Source: an uncultured Eubacteriales bacterium (GTDB taxonomy: Bacteria > Bacillota > Clostridia > Oscillospirales > Oscillospiraceae). Taken from it: DNA of 64,000 nucleotides. The notes under the pieces were generated by a model, which was not told where the DNA came from, did no database searches, and worked only from the letters and a program-made list of their open reading frames with translations. A program made the position numbers and the translations under genes. Shown here piece by piece: positions 56,441-64,000 of this stretch (position 1 is the first letter of the stretch; each line of letters begins with the position of its first letter). The stretch lies in the NCBI GenBank assembly GCA_900549645.1, contig URPD01000004.1, forward strand, positions 1,421 through 65,420, written 5' to 3'.

Positions 56441-56914
56441 ATGTTTTTTTCCGGACTTATCGGAAGGCTTGCATCCGGCAGCATGACGGCGGTTTGGCTT
56501 GTCCTGATGGTCGTACTGCTTATCATCGAGGGCGCGGCTCCGGGGCTGGTGTCGATATGGTTTGCGCTGGGCGCGTTCGCCGCGATGATATCAGCCATAC
56601 TGCGCGCGCCGCTGTGGCTCCAGATAATCTGGTTCTTCGTTGTGTCGATAGTGTCGCTGGTGCTGACAAGGCCGCTTGTGAAGAAGTATGTCAACTCCGA
56701 GGCGCAGCCGACCAACGCGGACATGGTGATCGGCAAGGAGTGCCGTGTGACGGAGGATATTGACAACATTGCCGGGACAGGAGCCGTCTCCGTCGGCGGC
56801 AAGATATGGACTGCCCGCACCGAGAGCGACGAGGTCAAAGCAAGCGTCGGCGAGCTTATGACCGCCGTCCGCATCGAGGGCGTTAAGCTGATAGTTAAAC
56901 CCGCAGAGAAGTAA
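56441..56914 (+). CDS. NfeD-family (short form) membrane protein
   Basis: Three N-terminal TM helices plus a C-terminal OB-fold beta domain. Precedes an SPFH gene. Confidence 0.75.
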   Translation: MFFSGLIGRLASGSMTAVWLVLMVVLLIIEGAAPGLVSIWFALGAFAAMISAILRAPLWLQIIWFFVVSIVSLVLTRPLVKKYVNSEAQPTNADMVIGKECRVTEDIDNIAGTGAVSVGGKIWTARTESDEVKASVGELMTAVRIEGVKLIVKPAEK

Positions 56915-56936
56915 GTAAAATTTACAGGAGGAAATC

Positions 56937-57842
56937 ATGGTAGGAATTATTATAGCAGTTATCATTATAGTGCTTATTATCACCAACATCCGTGTTGTCC
57001 AGCAGGCGAGAGCCTACGTTGTTGAGCGTCTCGGCGCTTACAAGGAGACGTGGAACGTTGGTATGCACGTGAAGCTCCCGTTTATCGACCGCGTGGCGAA
57101 GGTCGTCTCCCTCAAGGAGCAGGTTGCGGACTTCCCGCCCCAGCCAGTTATCACCAAGGATAACGTCACCATGCAGATAGATACCGTTGTGTACTTCCAG
57201 ATAACCGACCCGAAGCTCTATACCTACGGCATCGAGCAGCCCATGGTCGCAATCGAGAACCTTTCCGCAACCACGCTGAGAAACATCATCGGCGATCTTG
57301 AGCTTGACCAGTGCCTCACCAGCCGCGATCTGATAAACTCCAAGATGCGTGCCATCCTTGACGAGGCGACTGACCCTTGGGGCATCAAGGTCAACCGCGT
57401 TGAGCTGAAGAACATTCTGCCTCCGAAGGAGATCCAGAACGCGATGGAGAAGCAGATGAAGGCAGAGCGTGAGCGCCGCGAGGCGATACTCCGCGCCGAA
57501 GGCGAGAAGCGCGCGGCCATCCTCGAAGCCGAGGGCGAAAAGGAATCCGCCATTCTCCGCGCAGACGCGAAGAAGCAGCAGCAGATACTTGAGGCCGAAG
57601 GCGAAGCCGAGGCTATCCTCAAGGTTCAGACCGCTACCGCCGAAGGCATCAAGCTCATTAACGCCGCCAGCCCGACCGACGCCGTGCTGAAGATCAAGGC
57701 GCTCGAAGCCTTCTCCGCCGCCGCCAACGGCCGCGCGACGAAGATAATCATCCCCAGCGAGATTCAGGGCATCGCTGGTCTTGCCGAGGGTATTGTCGAG
57801 TCCGTGAAGGGTACCGCTCCCGCAGAAAAGGAAGACAAGTAA
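56937..57842 (+). CDS. SPFH/band-7 (stomatin/slipin-like) protein
   Basis: N-terminal TM, SPFH domain, and a C-terminal coiled coil with EAEGE repeats. Confidence 0.85.
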   Translation: MVGIIIAVIIIVLIITNIRVVQQARAYVVERLGAYKETWNVGMHVKLPFIDRVAKVVSLKEQVADFPPQPVITKDNVTMQIDTVVYFQITDPKLYTYGIEQPMVAIENLSATTLRNIIGDLELDQCLTSRDLINSKMRAILDEATDPWGIKVNRVELKNILPPKEIQNAMEKQMKAERERREAILRAEGEKRAAILEAEGEKESAILRADAKKQQQILEAEGEAEAILKVQTATAEGIKLINAASPTDAVLKIKALEAFSAAANGRATKIIIPSEIQGIAGLAEGIVESVKGTAPAEKEDK

Positions 57843-57904
57843 GCAGAGACAAATATTATGTAAACCGGCGGCACTTTGCCGCCGGTTTTTGATGGAGGGT
57901 TAAA

Positions 57905-59167
57905 ATGGAGTTTTTGAAAAAGTACGGCATGTCGCCGGCAGATATAGACCCCGTTGAATTTGCGCCCAGAATGCTTGACGATATGCTCCGCGGGCTTGCG
58001 GGCGAGCAGTCGGACATGGCGATGATACCGACCTACCTGAAAAATGACGGCGTAGTGCCGCTGAACGTTCCTGCCGTCGTGATCGATGCGGGCGGGACGA
58101 ACTTCCGCCGCGCGCTTGTGACCTTCACGGAAGCGGGCTGTGTTGTATCCGAGCTGAAAAAATGCCCTATGCCGGGGATAGAAGCGCCGGTGGACTGGGA
58201 TGAATTCATCGTCTTTGTTGCCGACGAGATAGAGCCGCTTATGGACAGAGCCGACAAAATCGGCTTCTGCTTCTCCTACACGGCGGAGGTCACGCCGGAT
58301 ATCGACGGGCGCGTCGTGCGCATCGACAAGGAAGTCACCGTGCGCGGCTGTGAAGGGCAGCTCGTCGGCGCGTCGCTGATAAAGGAGCTGGAGCGCCGCG
58401 GCATACACGGCAAGAGCGCGGTTATACTTAACGATACCGTGGCTGTGCTCCTTGGCGGCTCGGCGGTGCTGGACAAGACCGCATACAGCGGCTTTTTCGG
58501 GCAGGTCAGCGGCACGGGGACGAATACCTGCTGTGCCGTTCCGTATGCAGCGATAAAGAAGCTGCACCGCGGCGAGCCGGGCGAGATACTTGTAAATCTC
58601 GAATCCGGCCTGTATTCCGGTATGCCGCGCGGCAAATTTGACCTGATGCTCGACGAAATGAGCAAGGATCCGGGACATAAATTCTTTGAGAAAATGACCG
58701 CCGGGGTTTATCTCGGCGAGCTTGCGCGTCTGATGCTCGTTCAGGCGGCGGAGGATAAGCTATTGTCGGCGCCCTGCGCCGCTAAGGTTGCCGCGCTGCA
58801 CCGCATTGACTCTGCGGTCATAGACGCGTGGGCGAGCGGCGAACGGCTCGACGAGCTGTGCGCGGACGATGCCGACGCGGAGCTGATAAAGAATCTCAGC
58901 CTTGCGATGTTTGAGCGCTCCGCGCGCTGCATGTGCTCCTGCATCGGCGGGATGCTGCTCTTGACCGGCGCGGGACAGAGCGAGGATAAGCCCGCCTGCG
59001 TGTGCGCTGAAGGCTCGCTCGTGCAGAAGAGCCGCCACTACCGGCCTATGCTTGAACGTCTGCTGAAAGATGACATAGGCGTCCGCCTCGGCCGCTACGC
59101 TGTGCTCAAGGTCGGCGAGGAGACGACGCTGCCCGGCTCCGCCGCCGCAGCGCTGCTGAACCGCTGA
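57905..59167 (+). CDS. hexokinase-family sugar kinase
   Basis: Hexokinase phosphate-1 motif VVIDAGGTNFRRALV and overall two-lobe hexokinase architecture. 420 aa. Confidence 0.65.
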   Translation: MEFLKKYGMSPADIDPVEFAPRMLDDMLRGLAGEQSDMAMIPTYLKNDGVVPLNVPAVVIDAGGTNFRRALVTFTEAGCVVSELKKCPMPGIEAPVDWDEFIVFVADEIEPLMDRADKIGFCFSYTAEVTPDIDGRVVRIDKEVTVRGCEGQLVGASLIKELERRGIHGKSAVILNDTVAVLLGGSAVLDKTAYSGFFGQVSGTGTNTCCAVPYAAIKKLHRGEPGEILVNLESGLYSGMPRGKFDLMLDEMSKDPGHKFFEKMTAGVYLGELARLMLVQAAEDKLLSAPCAAKVAALHRIDSAVIDAWASGERLDELCADDADAELIKNLSLAMFERSARCMCSCIGGMLLLTGAGQSEDKPACVCAEGSLVQKSRHYRPMLERLLKDDIGVRLGRYAVLKVGEETTLPGSAAAALLNR

Positions 59168-59223
59168 CGTATAATATCCGAAATATTTCGCATACTCTCC
59201 GTATGACGAATTGGAGGAGGACA

Positions 59224-60183
59224 ATGAAGATTTCCGTAATAGATGGCTATACAGAAAACCCCGGCGACCTGAGCTGGGACGGCCTGCGCACTCTCGGCGA
59301 CGTCGTGATATACGACCATAGCACCAGGGACGAGGCGGAGATAATCCGCCGCATAGGCGACGCCGAAATTGTCGTTGCGAACAAGTCCCCGATAAGCCGC
59401 CGCGTTCTGGATGCATGCCCGAACGCGAAGTATATCACCATACAGGCGACTGGGTATGACCCGATCGACTATGTGTACGCGCGCGAGAAGGGGATACCCG
59501 TCTCGAACGTCCCAACCTACGGCACGGCCTCCGTCGCCCAGTTTGCGATAGCGCTGCTGCTGGAGATATGCGGCCACGCGGCGCACCATTCCGACGCCGT
59601 CCATGCCGGACGCTGGGCGGAGAGCGGCGAGTGGACGTTCTGGGATTACCCGATGATCGAGCTTGCGGGCAAGACGATGGGCATCATAGGCTTCGGGCGC
59701 ATCGGGCAGAACGTGGGCCGCATCGCCAAGGCGCTGGGGATGAACGTCATAGCCTTCAACCGCAGCCGCAGCGCCGAGGGCGCGGAGATCGCCGAATACG
59801 TGGAGCTGGACGAGCTGCTGCACCGTGCTGACGTCATATCGCTGCACTGCCCGCTGTTCCCGGAGACGCGCGGAATCATCAACCGCGAGACGATCTCGAA
59901 GATGAAGGACGGCGTTATCATAATCAATAACAGCCGCGGGCCGCTGGTCGTGGAGCAGGATCTGGCTGACGCGCTCAACTCCGGCAAGGTCTATGCCGCC
60001 GGGCTTGACGTCGTATCGAGCGAGCCTATAAGCGCGGATAATCCGCTGCTCAAGGCGAAAAACTGCCTCATCACGCCGCATATAAGCTGGGCGCCGAAAG
60101 AGAGCCGCCAGCGCATTATGGACTGCACGGTTGAAAATATCCGAGCGTTTCAGGCCGGAAAGCCGCAAAATGTGGTCAATTAA
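59224..60183 (+). CDS. D-isomer-specific 2-hydroxyacid dehydrogenase (glycerate/lactate dehydrogenase-like)
   Basis: NAD motif GIIGFGRIGQNVGR. Catalytic R/E/H (…NSRGPLV…, HISW). Start at 59224 with RBS GGAGGAGG. Confidence 0.8.
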   Translation: MKISVIDGYTENPGDLSWDGLRTLGDVVIYDHSTRDEAEIIRRIGDAEIVVANKSPISRRVLDACPNAKYITIQATGYDPIDYVYAREKGIPVSNVPTYGTASVAQFAIALLLEICGHAAHHSDAVHAGRWAESGEWTFWDYPMIELAGKTMGIIGFGRIGQNVGRIAKALGMNVIAFNRSRSAEGAEIAEYVELDELLHRADVISLHCPLFPETRGIINRETISKMKDGVIIINNSRGPLVVEQDLADALNSGKVYAAGLDVVSSEPISADNPLLKAKNCLITPHISWAPKESRQRIMDCTVENIRAFQAGKPQNVVN

Positions 60184-60242
60184 CAGTACAACCCCTCCGG
60201 AAATTCCGGAGGGGTTAACTTATGTTCCGCTTATGCCCATTA

Positions 60243-60770
60243 TCAGGCTTTTGCACCCTCAAGCTCCGCGCCATAGCTGAATACGAGCGAGCTGAGAATG
60301 AGCACTATGCCGACGATGATTGCCAAACCGTTGCCGTAGTCGCCAGGAACTTCGACGTCGAACACGCCGAATATCACACAGCTGACGGCGGCGCTTATGA
60401 GCGGCAGCGCGATGGAGAGTATGCCGAGCCGGAGCAGGCTTTTTGCCCCGGAGGCGGTGAACAGTGTGCCGTCCGCAAGCTCCTGCTTCAGGTACGCTAC
60501 CGCGAAGCATAGCATAACGCCGTCAAGCGCTAAGCTTATGACATCTGCAGAGAGATGCGCGACGGACGCCGTGTAGCTGCCGTGATCCAGCTCCGCCATA
60601 ATGGGCGCGAGCATACCGAGCGCGTCCGCCGGGGCGTTATACCAGCGCGAGAGACCAACTGCGGCAGCAAGAGCGCTGGCCGCGCCGAGGAACGCCGCGA
60701 CTGCGGCTATTATCGCCAGCGTGTGAAAAACGCGGGCGCATTTTTGTATGCTTTTCAGTGTGGGTGACAT
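60243..60770 (-). CDS. DUF2975-family membrane protein
   Basis: 175 aa, four TM helices; overall resemblance to DUF2975. Confidence 0.55.
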   Translation of the reverse strand: MSPTLKSIQKCARVFHTLAIIAAVAAFLGAASALAAAVGLSRWYNAPADALGMLAPIMAELDHGSYTASVAHLSADVISLALDGVMLCFAVAYLKQELADGTLFTASGAKSLLRLGILSIALPLISAAVSCVIFGVFDVEVPGDYGNGLAIIVGIVLILSSLVFSYGAELEGAKA

Positions 60771-60965
60771 TATTGCAGCTCCTTACTACTATTATTATTT
60801 CTGCCTGCGAGAGTCAGCCGCAGTCCGGAGATGTTCGAAACCGCCAGCGCGGCGAGGGACAGCGGCAGAAACAGCGCGTCGCTGATATCGGTAAACAGGG
60901 CGAGCGCGAGAAACGCGATACATATTATGAGTTTGGCTACGCGAAGCTTCATGGCGCGCCTCCCG

Positions 60966-61205
60966 TCAAGGTTCTTCGGGCATGAACAGCGCTATGAGCA
61001 GATAGGCGAGCAGCCCGCTGCCGCCGATGGCGCAGAAGATTATCCAAGCCGCGCGGACGACGGTGGGGTCGATGCCGAAGTATTCGCCGATGCCGCCGCA
61101 TATGCCGAGGAAAATGCGGTTCCTGCGCGATCTGTAAAGCTTTTTGTTATTTATGGCTGTGTTCCTCCTTCGGATCAATGTTTTTATCAGCCGCGCGGTA
61201 GGCAA
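60966..61205 (-). CDS. PspC-domain membrane protein (start uncertain)
   Basis: LYRSRRNRIFLGICGGIGEYFGIDPTVVRAAWIIF is the PspC domain, followed by a TM helix. The listed start is TTG and overlaps an upstream small ORF. An AGGAGG lies at ~61160. Confidence 0.6.
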   Translation of the reverse strand: MPTARLIKTLIRRRNTAINNKKLYRSRRNRIFLGICGGIGEYFGIDPTVVRAAWIIFCAIGGSGLLAYLLIALFMPEEP

Positions 61206-61347
61206 GCCCCGCGCCGAGCATACACAGCGCCGCCGCGAAGAGACACGGCGCGCAGACGAAGCGGCCGCATACCGCCATAAGTATGCCGGATAAGGCCATA
61301 AGCGCCGCCGCGCACAGCAACAGTCTCGATGCTGTCATCTTTTCCAT
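61147..61347 (-). CDS. possible small membrane protein (66 aa)
   Basis: Hydrophobic 66-aa ORF whose 3' end carries the AGGAGG that would serve the PspC gene. Weak support. Confidence 0.3.
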   Translation of the reverse strand: MEKMTASRLLLCAAALMALSGILMAVCGRFVCAPCLFAAALCMLGAGLAYRAADKNIDPKEEHSHK

Positions 61348-61437
61348 CTTTCATCTCCTACCTTTCGTTAATATTATATCGCACCGGGCGGAGAAGAAAT
61401 AGTGAGTTTTTGAAGCGCGATGTGTCAGTTTTATATG

Positions 61438-62582
61438 TCACTGGGCTACGGTGAAGAGCGCGTGGAAGTAACCGTTTCGCTGCATAAGCTCGTCGAAGCT
61501 GCCGAACTCGTTTACGCGGCCGTCCTTCAGCACAAGAATGCCGTCGTAGCGGCGCAGCAGCGACTCTTCAAGCGTGTGCGTAACGACGATGCGGGTCATG
61601 CCGGTCAGGTCGAGAATGTCGCTTGAGACCTGATGCGCGGTCTCGGCGTCCAGCGCCGCCGTCACCTCGTCCGCCAGCAGGACGGAAGAGCGCTTCAGCA
61701 GACTGCGGGCGATGGAGACGCGCTGCTTCTCGCCGCCGGACAGGCCGCTGCCGTGCCCGCCGTGAGTCCGCGCCCCGTCACCGCAAGCCATGCGCCGACG
61801 AGGAACACGCCCAACTGTGCGACGACTCCCGCCACGGAGCCGATCATGCCGACCATGACCTTCAGCTTGCGGCGGCTGAACTTTTCCTGCTCCAACGCGC
61901 GGTTATTTTCGGCAAAGAGACGGAAAATCTCCTTTTCCGCTTTGAATGTCTTGACCAGCGTGAACCCGCTGAGACAGTCCGCCAGCGCGGCGGTGAAGTC
62001 CTTATTGCGTTCAGACACGCACTTTTCCACCGTCTGGAGCCTGCTGCCGGTCAGAAGCGAGGCGCACAGCGGGAGCAGCGTCACGCCGATGGCCACGGAG
62101 GTGAGCACCGGCGAATACCAGAGCATCATGCCCAGCGCGCCGAAGAGTGTGACCGCTTTGGTGATGAGCGAGAGCTGCTGTGAGAGGTAGTCTGCCTCAA
62201 TGCTCGACGCGTCGTTCGTAAGGGCGGAAAGATATGTGGCCGTACTCTCGTCGCGGAAGGAAGAGATGCTCTTCTCCGTGAGCTTCCGAAACGCGAAGTC
62301 CTTGTACTGCCGCATGGCGGCGATGAAGCGCGGCTCCGACGCATATTTCAGCAGCGACAGTACGATGAACAGCAGGATGAAGCCCACGATGATTTTGACC
62401 AGAACCGGGAGCGGCAGCGCCCCGGCGGTGCAGGAGGCCACGTCGATAAGCTCCTTGATGAGCCATGAGATGATCGGGTTCAGACTGCCGCCCGCCAGCG
62501 CGGCAAAGACTGCCAGCGCGAAAACGGGCGCGTTCCCGCGGTAAAACTGCGCGCGCAGCTGCTTGTTCAGCGGTTTATTCAT
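61438..62582 (-). pseudogene. ABC exporter (fused TMD-NBD) with an internal deletion removing the Walker A / Q-loop half of the NBD
   Basis: ORF 61695..62582 encodes a six-helix ABC-exporter TMD. It runs out of frame into ORF 61438..61791, which begins at the ABC signature ([19 protein letters not shown]) then Walker B (VLLADE) and H-loop (VVTHT). No Walker A (GxxGxGKS/T) precedes it. Confidence 0.6.
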
Positions 62583-63642
62583 GGCCGTTCAGCTCCTTCC
62601 ACATCGCTGAAAGCTCAGGGAAATCCATACTCAGCAGCGTTTTCTCAATGCTCTGCACCCCTGTCGCGCCGAGATCGTCATAGACCGTGGCCTGCTCGCC
62701 GTTCTCCATGAAGCGGAGCGCACCCGCGCAATAGTTCGGCGCGAAGTCAAAGTGCCGCGCGGACTCCAGCGCCTGCGCCAGCGCGGTTCGCGCGGCCTGC
62801 GCGTCGCCCATTTTCAGCTGTGCATAGGCGGTAAAGACGTGAAACAGGCCGATGAGCTTATCGAGAAACGACGGCGTGCCGTCCTCCTGAAGACCGGAAA
62901 GCAGCTGTATGCCCCATTTTGCGACGGCGTCCATCGGGGGGTAATCTCTGTCCGCATCGTATACATTCACGTAGCCTATGATGATGTGAACGGTGTACGA
63001 TATGCTCCGGAGCAGCGCCGCCGTGAGGAAAGGCATCGCCTCGGCATAGCGGCTGCTGTCTGTCGCAAGCGTCATGCCTATCAGATCGCTGTAAATGTCG
63101 CCGGCGTTATTCTGCTTCAGCAGCTGCACGGCCTGCTCGTCCCGGCCGAGACTCAGCAGAATATTTGCAACCTCGCCGGAAATAGTGCTGTCGCTGATCT
63201 GCGGGTCGGTGTTCTGCGGCAGGAGCAGGCGGGCGCTGTCCAGCAGCTCCAGCGCGCGGTTGAGCATGGCGCTGTCCCGGCGCTCTATGCCGAAAACCCG
63301 ATACAGCGACGCGCCGGTGTAGACGATATCGAAGTTGTGCGGGTGCTTTTTCATCGCCATCTCCGCCTCGGCAAGCCCAGCAAGGTCTTTTTCGCGGCGG
63401 TACTTTTTCAGCCGCTCAACGGTTGCCTGAAGGCGGTTGTCCTTCATCTCGTAGCCGAGCAGCACGTCGACCGAGGTGTCGAAGAAATCGGCCATGGCCA
63501 TTATCATTTTCAGTTCGGGCTGGGACAGCCGCGATTCCCATTTGTAGACCGCGCCGACCGTCACGCCAAGCACCTCCGCCAGCTGCTCCTGCGTCAGTCC
63601 CTGCCGCTTCCGAAAGGCGCGTATATTTTACGCAAGCTTCAT
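62575..63642 (-). pseudogene. XRE-family HTH + TPR-like (RNPP/Rgg-type architecture) regulator with an in-frame TAA at codon 5
   Basis: The reading frame from the ATG at 63642 gives MKLA-TAA-NIRAFRKRQGLTQEQLAEVLGVTVGAVYKWE..., a canonical XRE HTH. The TAA sits at 63628-63630 where GAA (Glu) is expected. The listed ORF restarts at GTG 63573 inside helix 3. A C-terminal ~250-aa helical/TPR-like domain follows. Confidence 0.6.
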
Positions 63643-63768
63643 TTCTATGTGAAAGCCTCCTTTTTGTTGGGTATATTGTATCAAAGAAACACGGCATAAT
63701 GAGCACACCGCACATACTAATTAGATATTATTTTTTATACCAACGGTGTGAGTTGACGCCCGTCAAAA

Positions 63769-63802
63769 ACGGCAGTTATCGAAAGATAACTGCCGTCAGT
63801 CT
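63769..63802 (-). terminator. terminator for a - strand gene lying to the right
   Basis: acggcagttatc-gaaa-gataactgccgt perfect 12-bp stem followed by TTTTTGACGG on the - strand. Confidence 0.5.
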
Positions 63803-64000
63803 GTCAAAGAACATGTGCAGCAGGGCGCGGATAAGAGAGCAGCGGGGGAGCTTGAGGGGTAGCGCAGCGGCGGCGCGGTAGTGAATGACATGCCGGTGGC
63901 ATGTCAGAGCCGCGCCGTGACCGAGCCGCAGCGAGAAAAGGCCCGCCTCAAATACAATAAACCGCCGTCCAAAAGTCTTGATGCATCAATGACTTTTGGA

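Noticed and set aside
63969-64000. Palindrome TTGATGCATCAA inside a 7-bp-stem hairpin at the extreme right end.
   Set aside because: It is truncated by the window edge, with no context to interpret (terminator vs operator).

Overview
High-GC (~62%) Clostridia-type chromosomal segment, mostly conserved housekeeping genes with several accessory or decaying loci. The left end holds leuS (C-terminus), rpsU, a split aconitase-X pair and tRNA-Leu. A quinate/shikimate gene cluster follows (aroE-like, MFS, SSS, aroD). The conserved block cysS-pgsA-rimO-recX-recA-(small membrane protein)-prmC-DUF1385 sits next to an OmpR-type two-component system. The most unusual locus is transcribed divergently from that two-component system: a two-gene operon encoding an EF-G/TetM-like translational GTPase fused at its C-terminus to a Rae1/YacP-type NYN endoribonuclease domain, translationally coupled to a YlmH-like S4 RNA-binding protein. 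This is a candidate ribosome-targeted mRNA-cleavage / ribosome-quality-control module. Further right are pepT, transporters, a NahK-like kinase, a G1P-dehydrogenase-glpK-HAD cluster, a PMT-family glycosyltransferase with a discoidin-like insert, prmA, a Na/Pi cotransporter, a large membrane coiled-coil repeat protein and dus. Next come a twice-frameshifted MBL hydrolase pseudogene beside a Gp37/Gp68 (DUF5131) gene, and a MetE-like methionine synthase. A promoter-equipped operon follows, encoding two 2-hydroxyacyl-CoA-dehydratase-family subunits plus an unlisted 57-aa membrane protein; upstream of it are hypAB and a large YgfK-like flavo-FeS oxidoreductase divergent from a TetR. A low-GC repeat protein abuts a tRNA Val-Phe-Gly-Cys array. 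The right end contains hslO, a methyltransferase, a TrpR-like gene, NfeD-SPFH, hexokinase and a 2-hydroxyacid dehydrogenase. It finishes with a decaying locus: an ABC exporter with an internal deletion, an XRE/TPR regulator with a nonsense codon at codon 5, PspC and DUF2975. Many long antisense ORFs in the supplied track are GC-driven artefacts.
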